Shown here piece after piece: positions 1-10,600 of a stretch of 64,000 nucleotides of DNA. The notes below the pieces were generated by a model, which had not been told where the DNA came from, did no database searches, and was given only the letters and a program-made list of their open reading frames with translations. This DNA comes from Octopus vulgaris (Eukaryota). The position numbers and the translations under genes are program-made. Position 1 is the stretch's first letter. Every line of letters begins with the position of its first letter. Location: assembly GCA_951406725.2 (NCBI GenBank), contig OX597828.1:26970001-27034000 (forward strand), given 5' to 3'.

Positions 1-254
1 AAGAAGGGGGGAAAAGAGAAAACATATCAGAAAGAAAAGAGGTGGAATTTAGATGAGGCTGAGGAAGGAGTAAAATATTAAATGATCAGAAAAGAAACAA
101 AAAGAAAACATCAGATGAAAAACAAATAAAATAAAATAATCCTAAAAAGAAAAAAAAATATCGAAGTGTAAAATGGCAAACAATTCTGGGTAGCAGCATA
201 TTTGAAACAATGGACGATTGAGGAATGGAAACGAGAACAGACTTTGTAGGTAGG

Positions 255-600
255 AAGATGGCATAGCAACCATGTGGTTTTGGGTTCAGAACCCATTGCA
301 GGGCACCTGGTGCAAGTGTCTTCAAATATAGCCCTGGGTTGGCCAAAGCCTTGTGAGTGAATTTGGGGGTTGAAAACTGTGTGGAAGCCCATTAGAGGCA
401 TATGCATGTTTGTCAGTTCCCCCACTATATCACAACTGTTGTTGGTTTGTTTACATCCTCATAACTTAGTGGTTCAGCAAGACGGGAACCAACAGAATAA
501 GCACCAGAGCTAAAAATAAGAACAGGGCTTGATTTTTTTAAAAACCCTTTCAGGCAGTGCTCCATTATGGCCACACACCAATGAAATGAGTGAAAAAAAA
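255..600 (+). mobile_element. Degenerate copy of tRNA-derived CORE-type SINE (family A)
   Basis: B-box-like GGGTTCAGAACCC, GGCACCTGGTGCAAGTGTCTTC core, AAAGCCTTGTGAGTG and 3' half GTTTACATCC..AACTTAG..AGAATAAG..GTGCTCC matching the intact copy at 29533-29936. Confidence 0.75.
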
Positions 601-859
601 AAGTAGGAGATCATAAAGAACCCAAAAATAAATAGATAAATAAAAATAAGATAAATAAAAATACCTGAGATGTAAAAACCAAACAAAAAAGGCAATAAAA
701 TAAATCTGAAGTAAAGAGAAAAAGATAAAAAGAAATATAAGACACATGCAACAGCTTTGCAAAGTCTCTTTTTATAAGTACTTCTTTCTCTCCCTCTCCC
801 TCTCTCTCTCACCCTCTCTCTCTCTCCCTCCCTATTTTGCTACATATTCTTTCTTTTAT

Positions 860-1045
860 TCTTTTACTTGTTTCAGTCATTTGACTGTGGCCATGCTGGA
901 GCACCACCTTTTACTCAAGCAGATCGACCCCAGGACTTATTCTTTGTAAACCTAGAACTTATTCTATCGGTCTCATTTTGTCGAACTGCTAACTTACGAA
1001 GACTTAAATACACCAGCATCACATGTCAAGAGATGTTGGTGGGGA

Positions 1046-1094
<49 letters not shown>

Positions 1095-1265
1095 ACATAT
1101 ACGATGGGCTTCTTTCAATTTCCGTCTACAAAATCCACTCATAAGGCTTTGGTCATCCCAAGGCTATAGTAAGAAACACTTGCCCAAGGTGCCACACAGT
1201 GGGACTGAACCCGAAACCATGCGGTTGGTGAGCAAGCTACTTACCACACAGCCACTCCTGCACCT
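860..1265 (-). mobile_element. Full-length family A SINE with internal (CA)n tract
   Basis: Reverse complement of the 29533-29936 copy: TTGTTTCAGTCATTTGACTGTGGCCATGCTGGAGCACC ... CTACTTACCACACAGCCACTCCTG. Confidence 0.9.
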
Positions 1266-1724
1266 ATATCTGTATGTATATTTGCACACACACACACACA
1301 CACAAGGGGTCTTTTTTTTTTAGTTTGTCCACCAAATCCGCTGACAAGCCTTTGGGCAGCCTAGAGCTATAAAAGACACTTGCCCAAGGTTTAGTGCTTT
1401 GGGACTGACCCGAGACAACATGGTTGGGAAGCATATGTAAAGGGACTTGACATTCTTCTCCCCCCCCCATACTGGATGAGCAGACACCCCTCACCCCACC
1501 ACACCCCATGAGGTAGAGACAAGAGCAGTGAAGTCAAGCTCCCTCATACACCAGATGGGCCAACATCCAGGACAAAGGCTCATACAGGAGTAGCGATGTA
1601 AACACCCCACCCAGGGGAAATCACCCAAAAAGCATCATCAATAATGGTGCAAAATCATGGTGGTGCTCCAATATGGCCGCAGTTGCATGGCTGAAACAAA
1701 TAAAACAATATATATATATATATA

Positions 1725-1863
1725 TTGGCGTTTGGAAGGGCATCCAGCTGTAGAAACACTGCCAGATCTGACTGGCCTGGTGCAGCCTTCGAGCTTGCCA
1801 GACCCCAGTTGAACCGTCCAACCCATGCTAGCATGGAAAGCGGACGTTAAACGATGATGATGA
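1725..1863 (+). mobile_element. 3' terminus of RTE-type LINE (5'-truncated 3'UTR) ending in (GAT)n
   Basis: GGAAGGGCATCCAGCTGTAGAAAC...CCAACCCATGCTAGCATGGAAAGCGGACGTTAAACGATGATGA; the same sequence follows RTE coding sequence at 46205-47362. Confidence 0.8.
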
Positions 1864-1889
1864 TACATGCATACATATACACATACAAA

Positions 1890-2150
<261 letters not shown>

Positions 2151-2439
2151 CATACATAAAAATACAAATATGTATGTACATTACTCTGTCTTTGTCTTAA
2201 TGAAAATAGCATCCGTTTTATACTTCAAAGTATCTTAAAAATATAAGTGTTATGGTGTGAGGGTTTCTTTTTTAATTTTTGTTTGCTTTTTTTTTTTTTT
2301 GCAAGTCTGTATACTTTGGTTTGTGTTTATGAGTGTTTTCCTAATATTTTTAACAATATTCATATACATTTGTATATATTAGTATGTATATATTAAGTTT
2401 AGAAAGCTGTATAAAGGAAAGTATGAATATATGTGCGTA

Positions 2440-2519
2440 TGTATTATGTGTGTTTGTGTGTGTATATATATATACATACACATATATACACACACACACA
2501 CACATATATATATATACAT

Positions 2520-2554
<35 letters not shown>

Positions 2555-2795
2555 CACATATATATATACACACATATATATATACACACATATATATATA
2601 CATACACACACACACATATATATATAGACATATATAAACATACACACACACACATATATATACACACACACACAGAAAAACATTCACAAGTATGTACACA
2701 CATTTGCATATTATTTATATTCTTTATAAATACTGCTTGTCATCCCTGTCTCTCTCTCTCTTTGCATATATATATATATATATATGTGTGTGTGT
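2440..2795. repeat. Compound (TA)n/(CA)n microsatellite
   Basis: Directly visible; source of the YI/HT low-complexity ORFs. Confidence 0.95.
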
Positions 2796-3554
2796 ATACC
2801 TTTCTCTGTCTTTTCCAACCATCTTTGTTTGTTTACTGAAATAATATTTAGCACATATTTAATTATTTATATATGTAATTATTTATTCATTTTATAATAT
2901 ACTTTTAGTTGTTGCTTAGCAACAACTATACTCAAATCCATGATAATGTTAATAATTCATTAATATTCCATATTAATTTCTTTGTTATTTATTAAAATAA
3001 TTCTCAATCACTGTTTACTATTAAAAAAAAATAGCAGTTAAAAGAAATAAGATACAGCAAAAGAAGTAAAGATAACTAGGAAAAAAACATTATGGTTAAT
3101 TAAATATGGGAAACTATCAGACAAGTACTTTCCAGTATTTATGGCCGTTTATGATCTGAGTTCAAATCCCAGCAAGATGTGCTGCTTTGTATTTTATCTC
3201 TCCTGCATCAATAAAGTATAATTTACTGAGGTCAGCTTGGGCAGTGGCTTTGCCAAGATTTGTAGTGGTTAGCTCAGCTTGAAGAATTAGTCTTCTGATC
3301 CATTCCTGCAACAAGCTATCCACATGTGTGTAGTATCGGAGCTGTGACATCTCTGTTTGCTGAGGTCAATGAGTTTTACAGAAATTTTCAGTGTGTTGAA
3401 CAAAATATCTTATTCTGTATTTAGTTGTGTCTATTTTTATTCTGAGTTCAAACCCCATCAAGTTCTGGTCTACTATTTGTCTTTCTGGGGTTGGTAAAAC
3501 ATATACCAGAAACTGATCTTCCTTTGCCCTCATTCAGACTCCTCTGTTAAATGT

Positions 3555-3746
3555 GATGCTTATTTGTCCATACTGTTTGGAATTAATCATGCATTATCTG
3601 ATAGCTTCAAAATTTTGCTGATATGATTGTTTAATTTTAGAATGACATTCAAAGATAGGTGTGAAAGGCTAGATCTGGCTAGTTTGAACATCAAACACGT
3701 AGAGTATCAGGGCTGGATAAGATTGGTTTGAAAGCTAAAGGGTTAG
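3555..3746. mobile_element. Degenerate MITE-like repeat with ..GCTAAAGGGTTA terminus (piggyBac-type TTAA-CCC end); related copy at ~39115-39315 in opposite orientation
   Basis: TTTTAGAATGACATT..TAGGTGTGA here is the reverse complement of TCACACCTA..AATGTCATTCTAAAA at ~39195-39225; both end in GCTAAAGG. Confidence 0.5.
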
Positions 3747-4596
3747 GATCTTTGCAGTTCTCAGTAATGCAAGTTTCGGATTTCTTTTGTTTGGTTGCCT
3801 CTTTTCAATTTCTTCCATTTCTGTTCTAATTGATTACATATTTGGTGTAATTATGCAGTTTGGTAAGGTAATTGCTGACATGAAATTCATTTACACCATA
3901 AATCAGAAAAGAGTTAATAGCTTTTAAAATTTGCAAATTTTGGGTAATTTTAGCCAATCAAAAGCCACAGACATATAGGTGCTTGTTTCCATAGTAACAA
4001 GTGAAGCTGTTACCAAGCTGCTTACCTCCATGGTCATTTTGCGCTTATTGAATGCTTAAAGCATGAGGTATGAGGTGCTTGTGGGATGTGTAAAAAATAA
4101 TAGATAAATAGGCCTTAAATTGCACAGTGAATTCTTTTTTTTTTTTTTCTGCATAATCAGATGAATTTCCATATGTAGAATACAAATTAGTGAAAATTTT
4201 CTGAAAATTCTCAAAAGTAAAAAAAGTTAAAAGTGTTATATGCTGTGCATAAAGCAGAACTTTCCCAATATTTAATTTTTTTTTTTTTTTTTTAAAGTTG
4301 ACAACGCATGCATCACACACAAAACGACAGGTTTCAAATCCTGTTTTTTGACTGGGTAAAGATTACCAAACTTTAAACCTCTGTGACTTTTCTGAAGAAC
4401 TTTTGTGGAAAAAGTGAATTATCTCCTGAGATTCAGCATGGAAAATTACATCAATGCACCAAATTCAAAAATTTTCACAAAGCTTTAAAGTTTCCACAGA
4501 AAAAATCCCAAGTTTCTGCAATCGGTCTTTCCGAATGTTGACCCCAGTTACAATTTTATACTTTCTGAGATGAGGAATTTTTTTTTTTATTATATA

Positions 4597-4930
4597 AAGA
4601 CCCCCTTCGGTCATGAATGGCCATGGGATTGCATCTAGAAAGTTACCCTCCTAGACACAAGTCCGGGCAAGGTTGTTTATGGAAGACCAGCAGTCGCCCA
4701 TGCATACCAGCCTCCCCTCTCTGAGCCACCAGTGTTATCCAAGGGAAAGACAAAGGTCGATACAGCTTTGCACCAGTGACGTCGCAACTCATTTCTACAG
4801 CTGAGTGAACTGGAGCAACGTGAAATAAAGTGTCTTGCTCAAGAACACAACACGCAGCCCGGTCCGGGATTCGAGCTCACAACCTTACGATCGTATGCTC
4901 GACGCTCTTACCACTGAGCCATGCGCCTTC
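4597..4930 (-). mobile_element. tRNA-derived SINE (family B), well preserved; degenerate relatives at ~8268-8505 (+), ~42820-42940 (-), ~51150-51380 (+)
   Basis: Minus strand begins GGCGCATGGCTCAGTGGTAAGAGCG (A box) ... GAGCTCGAATCCCGG (B box), then TTGTGTTCTTGAGCAAGACACTTTATTTCAC central domain. Confidence 0.85.
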
Positions 4931-5138
4931 ATTTTATTACATATAGTGTATATAAATATCCACTCCACAGAAATTTAAAGGAATAAGTACTCGGCTTGTT
5001 CTATTTCTTTCCTAAAACACCTCAAAGTGGTGCTCCAGCATGGCCACAGTCTAATAACTGAGACAAGTAAAAGATAAGAAGCCCAGGGTTATCCTTCATT
5101 ATCTTCTTTCAACTTGTTGCTGTAGCAGCAGCAGGAAC

Positions 5139-5175
<37 letters not shown>

Positions 5176-6459
5176 ATCCTGTAATAAAGGGGTGTGGTAT
5201 TGTTGGAGGGGTTGGGTAGCTGTTACTGGACAGCTCACAAATAATGTTCCACATGAATTCCTGTTTTTGTGGGGCTTTTTTTATCTTTACTAATTGACAA
5301 CTTATGCATGTATGCCTGTGTAAGAGTGTATTTGTGTAGTTTGTGTATATACCTGAGTGTGTGCCTCATTGAAAGAGGGCAAATTTGATGCCTGCCCCTG
5401 ATCTAAGGTTAACCTGCCAACTGAAGAAGGCAGCTATGCAAAACAAGTGTTGACAAGGTGATGGATGATTCTTCTCATTGTTCTGGTCTTTTATGAAAAG
5501 CCATGTTTACCAATCTAGTCTCACATGTCACCACATTTGCACAGATGTTCTTCGTAATATTATATATCATACCTAAAGAGATACTTCTAGCCATTACTGT
5601 TCAGATTTCTTTGTCACAGAAAAGCATTCCCCCCGCTCTCTCTCTCTCTCAAAAAAAAAAAGAAAGAAAGAAGAAAAATCTTGTAGTCTCTGAACTGAAG
5701 CAATGCTTTAAAAAGATATTTTGAAAAGTTCTTTATTTTGATACCTGTATCTATTTCAGTTTTGTACCTGTTTTACCAGTCACTGTTTATGAAATAGTTC
5801 AGTTGTCTTTTGAAATAAATGGATAAAACTAACAAATGCACTTTTCCTGTAACTTGAAGATACAACCTGACCCCTCTTCACCATCTCGCCTCCTTTTCCA
5901 ACTGGGGTAGCTGTGTATCTCCACCACTGCAGGACACCTGTTTCTGTTCTTCTATCATACTTTAAGCTCTCATCATCTGCCATGAAACCACCTACCTCAC
6001 TGTCACACCCACTCTCAGTTGACCACTTCTTGTCTTGCATGCGCATGCCTGGTGACTTCACTAGGGCTAGTGCCTTGTGAACCCCCCGCCTCTACATTCT
6101 GTGAAGTGGTTGGCATTAGGAAGAGCCTCCAACTGTAGAAACCATGTCAGAGGATACATTGGAGCTTGGCACAACCCTCTTGCTTGGTGGCTCTTGTCAA
6201 ACCATCCAACCTATGCCAGGATGAAAACATGGGTGTTAATGGTGGTGATGATGATGATCACACACATGCTGCAAAAATCATTTTCTGTGATAAACTACAG
6301 CAAATAGCCTTCGTACAGTTTGAAATATCTTGCAGCACTTCTAATTAGGAATCCACTACAGTTTGCCAGCCAAAAGGTTCCACTGGTCAAAAGGTTTTCA
6401 TTGGTTCTGTGTCGGGAAAACCTTATCTCTTAGTCAGTTCAGAGTTGCCTCTCTTCAGT

Positions 6460-6510
6460 ATTTTGTGCTGATGAGAAGATAACTTCTTTGAAATGCATGC
6501 ATCCACCAAT
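6460..6510 (+). ncRNA. Candidate minimal type I hammerhead ribozyme (weak stem I)
   Basis: CTGATGA 6468-6474; stem II GAAGA/TCTTT with 5-nt loop; GAAA 6490-6493; palindromic stem III ATGCATGCAT; AUC cleavage triplet (C6503); stem I GTG/CAC plus two further pairs after a mismatch. Confidence 0.55.
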
Positions 6511-6968
6511 CCACTCAAGGGCACTCTGATCTGAGCATACTGTATGCTTCTCAATGACATACTGCAGTGAATAGCCTTTTTCACAGGTTCAGATATCTCT
6601 CAACTATATTTGAACTCAGAACATGTTTGTATTTAGTTGTATATTATGGATGAAAGAGATGGTGTGAGGTTTATATTTTGGGAATCTCCATAGAAAATAA
6701 GAGAAGAGTCACAGAGCCTTTCAAATAATACTCCTTTTTTTGTTATTATTATATTAAGTACATTGAAAAGTACAGTAAGTCATTCAAAATGATTGCACCA
6801 ACACGAACATCACATTGTTCAGTATTTACTACAGATGATATTTTTGCATCAGTTTTCGAAACCTGTTTCGAAGTAAAGTCATATTCCTTTATGCCCAAAT
6901 ATATTTCTTTGGTTTTCTCTTTTTTTCTCAGATTTAATTATGAAAAAAAATTGAATTATATGCCTAAT

Positions 6969-7114
6969 TACTAATGTTTTCTATATATTTTTTCTCTTTA
7001 CAGGTAAGTGAATACTTGACTGTCTCTCATCTCAGAAATCCTTCTTCACTATTGGAATATTTTCATTAAATATTTCAATAAGTTTTCAGACAGGTTTTCC
7101 ATTTTTTTGTGAGT
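6969..7114 (+). promoter_or_regulatory. Candidate recursive splice site (3'ss|5'ss, AG|GT) with downstream cryptic 5' splice site
   Basis: TACTAAT 6969-6975, pyrimidine tract TTTTTTCTCTTTA, CAG 7001-7003 immediately followed by GTAAGT 7004-7009; second donor GTGAGT 7109-7114. Confidence 0.55.
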
Positions 7115-7155
7115 ATAAATCTGCTTCAAAAAGAAAACGATATTATTATTATTAT

Positions 7156-7706
7156 TGAATGAGAGATCAATGCTTGCCATGAAAGTGACACTGGGGTACA
7201 AATATATGAAACCCTGTGTACCCATCATGACTACCTGTCTGATAAGGGTACACCAGGTACATACAACATAACTATGTGTTCGCCACATAGTGATCTCATA
7301 TCAAGATAAAGAGTGCATTACCTTGCAGGTGGGGCCCAGTTAGAATTTTATTTGAGTAGCCCATCCCACTCAAAAGGTCCCTGAATAAGAGTTGTTTGAA
7401 GATGTTGAATGAAACACCTGTATTTCCAAGGGTGAATTATTCAAACCCCAAAGAATTCCTCTCAGTACATGGCTAGGATGCCCCACCCACAAGTACTACT
7501 GGTCATAATCAGAGATGCTCATATCATCAGCCACCAAGGGACATGCTCAACTAGTTAAGGTCAAACAAATGACCAACACATTTGTGGTATTGAGCAGAAT
7601 ATTTATTGTAGCCCATCTTTTTATATCAAGACAAAACAATGTACATGACAACACTTCCATTCAGTTAAGATCAAAAGCCATGAGAGCCACTGCCTGGTAT
7701 TGCATC
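7156..7706. repeat. ~550 bp unclassified interspersed repeat embedded in (TTA)n; partial second copy at ~8075-8228
   Basis: TGTGGTATTGAGCAGAATATTT..TGTAGCCCATCTTTT..AAAACAATGTACATGA..GAGAGCCACTGCCTGGTA occurs at both places; TTA tracts on both sides. Confidence 0.7.
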
Positions 7707-7723
7707 ATTATTTCATTATTAAG

Positions 7724-7782
<59 letters not shown>

Positions 7783-7809
7783 CATTATTATTATCATTAT
7801 TATTATTCA

Positions 7810-8060
7810 AGTTGACTTAGGGTTGATTATATTCATGTGAGTAGCGGGTTACTACCTGTAACTTTAGATATCCACAAACCTTCAATAATCTTTCAAGCGC
7901 TCAAAACCCTCCTCTGTGATCTTTCCTGTTCCTAAGAGGCAGACTTTCTGTAGAAGTTCCACGGGGCATTCTGTTCCAATCTCCTTCAAACATTTGTCTA
8001 TATTATTACTCATTGTCCCTAAAACACCAACTATTACAGGAATAACCTTTACAGTTTTCA
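7810..8060 (-). mobile_element. 3' end of Dong/R4-clade non-LTR retrotransposon abutting (TAA)n
   Basis: Minus-strand translation DKCLKEIGTECPVELLQKVCLLGTGKI resembles the R4/Rex6 C-terminal LQK..LLGT.KI motif; runs into a (TAA)n tract at ~7725-7807. Confidence 0.6.
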
Positions 8061-8228
8061 TACTCCAAATTCTCGCAACTGGTTAAGGTGAAGCAATTGA
8101 CAGGCAGATCTGTGGTATTGAGCAGAATATTTGCTGTAGCCCATCTTTTATACCATGGCAAAACAATGTACATGATTACATTTCCAATCAGTTGAGAAGC
8201 CAGGAGAGCCACTGCCTGGTACTGCTTA

Positions 8229-8266
<38 letters not shown>

Positions 8267-9110
8267 GAGGGCACATGGCTTAGTGATTAGGGTGTTGCTC
8301 TCATGATCTTCTTAGACCAGCTGGTGTGTTGTGTTCTTCTGCAAAACACTTTGCCTCACATTGCTCTGTGATCACTTTGAAGCGTGGTATATAGTGTACC
8401 TGTTCAGACAACATCCATTTAATGAAGGGAGTGAGCTAATGTGCGGCATGGACATTTGATTACTATAAACAAATCGTTTGTGCCAGTCAGTCAGCAAAAG
8501 CTTTTCTGTGCTGCTTTGGGGCATGTCGGAAGAGAGTATTAATTACGGAGCTTCCCCTCTCCCAGATTGATTACTTTCACTGCAACTAAGGATCTTCATA
8601 TACCCTTACAAAAATTTATTTAATCCATGGATAGGACTCCGACTACCATTCTGGGTTAGAATGGTTCTGGGAGTTATGGTGATTAAGGGGGTGACTCCAT
8701 GTTCCCTTATGACTCCTGTACTCCCAAACTGGAGCCTCACTACAGGAAATAGTTTTGGTTAATTCTGATCAGGTAACTTGCATCACACCAGAGTAGCTGG
8801 CTGTTGTTGCAGTTTTCCTCAGAGTACCCTGATAAATGTACCCAAGGTGTTAAAGCAGGCAATGGATTGAAACAAATTACCAATGACCAAGGACAGTCTG
8901 TTTGACCACTTCCTGCATGCTAACTGCCCAGTAAATTTCCTTTTGAAGACTTTCTGCAATCTTGGTCGTTAGTAGAAGATATTTGCTCTAGGTACCATGC
9001 AGTCGATTTGAACCTACAACCACAAAGTTGTAAAGTGAAGTGAACTTCTCAAGTGCAGAAGTATGTCAGTCCTCAAACTAAAGTCAACAAAATTTATTCT
9101 GTACTATGAA

Positions 9111-9300
9111 TGTGGCACGTAAAAAGCACCCACTACACTCACGGAGTGGTTGGCATTAGGAAGGGCATCCGGCTGTAGAAACATTGCCAGATAAGACTGG
9201 AGCCTGGTGCAGCCTTCTGGCTTCCCAGATCCCCGGTCGAACCGTCCAACCCATGCTAGCATGGAGAATGGACGTTAAACGATGATGATGATGATGATGA
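9111..9300 (+). mobile_element. RTE LINE 3'UTR terminal fragment with (GAT)n tail (duplicate at 18349-18538)
   Basis: GTGGCACGTAAAAAGCACCCACTACACTCACGGAGTGGTTGG...GGACGTTAAACGATGATG. Confidence 0.85.
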
Positions 9301-9964
9301 AGATTCCTTCTTATCATGAAGTTGCTTTCAACAATGTTTATTACATAATGTTTGCTTCGTTATTTTTCTAATTTTAGCTTGCTGTCTGTTTGTCTTAAAC
9401 AAAAAATGTAAACAATCAATTCATTTTAAATTATTTTGTTCTCAGATTTATTCATTATATTTTTAGGCATCTTTTGAAGAATTATTTATTTAAAAGCAAC
9501 ATTATATTTATATATTTACCATCTAATTCTTTGTTTAGCTGCTATTGAGAGTCTTCTCATTCCTTTTCAATCTGTTTCATCTATTTATTTATATTTGTCA
9601 TATTTACTTGAGCATATATATATATATATATATACAATACTTACTGTATTTACTCATGAATAAGTCGCCTTATTCTATGGTTGGTTATAACTGACAAAAC
9701 TGGAATCCACATTATACGCAGACTAATGCTAAAACTATGAAAGGATTTCATTCTAAATTGGTGTGTGACTTGCACACAATTACTTGTGGAATATATACTA
9801 TACAGTTATAATATTTCATGATTTCACTTTGGCAGTATTAATAGTGAGTGGTTAGAACGCAACATAACTTAAAAGAAGTTACCTCTGAGTACACTACTTC
9901 CATAGCAGAAACAGCTGTAAGCCAATGAAGGTAATCACTTGGCATTTAATGTTTAATATATTAA

Positions 9965-10003
<39 letters not shown>

Positions 10004-10039
10004 CATGTAGAAGGTAGAAAGGTAACACGAGTTGATATG

Positions 10040-10429
10040 TATAAAGAAAAAGAAGACAAGGTAGAAAATGCTGAAATAATTTTATCATGAAGTACATTTT
10101 AGTACCGGTTTCTGCCTTTTAGACTTTTTCAACTAAAAGTAAAATATGAAAAACAATTAAATTGGAGAAAGAAAATAAGTGAAATGTTTTGTAAATATTT
10201 CCATAGTCTTCAGATAGACTGTCTTTTTCTCTCTTTCTCTTCCTCACAAAGGCTATCTGAAGATTATAGAAATATTTACAAAACATTTCACTTAATTTTA
10301 TTTTCTCCAATTTAATTATTTTTCTTATTTTACTCTTAGTTGAAAATGTCTAAAAAAGACGGAAACCGGTACTAAAATGTATTTCATGATAAAATTATTT
10401 TAGCATTTTCTACCTTGTCTTATTTTCAT

Positions 10430-10433
<4 letters not shown>
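10040..10433. repeat. Long inverted repeat (foldback), arms ~180 bp, loop ~30 bp, each arm carrying a hammerhead-like fold (duplicate at 19278-19671)
   Basis: AAGACAAGGTAGAAAATGCTGAAATAATTTTATCATGAAGTACATTTTAGTACCGGTTTC...CTTCAGATAG is mirrored by CTATCTGAAG...GAAACCGGTACTAAAATGTATTTCATGATAAAATTATTTTAGCATTTTCTACCTTGTCTT. Confidence 0.95.
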
Positions 10434-10461
<28 letters not shown>

Positions 10462-10600
10462 TGTATGTATGTATGTATGTATGTATGTATGTATGTATGT
10501 ATGTATGTATGTATGTATGTATGTATGTATGTATGTATGTATGTATGTATGTATGTATGTATGTATGTATGCATGCATGCATGCATGCATGCATGCATGC
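10431..10600. repeat. (TATG)n tetranucleotide array grading into (GCAT)n
   Basis: Directly visible; duplicate at ~19669-19835. Confidence 0.97.

Noticed and set aside
7655-7706. Short matches to U2 snRNA (TAAGATCAA, CCTGGTATTGCA)
   Set aside because: Spacing is incompatible with U2, the intervening sequence does not match, and the second copy of the repeat lacks the match
10250-10280. CTGAAGA-TTATA-GAAA near the foldback loop as another hammerhead
   Set aside because: Stem II is at most 1 bp and there is no stem I complement
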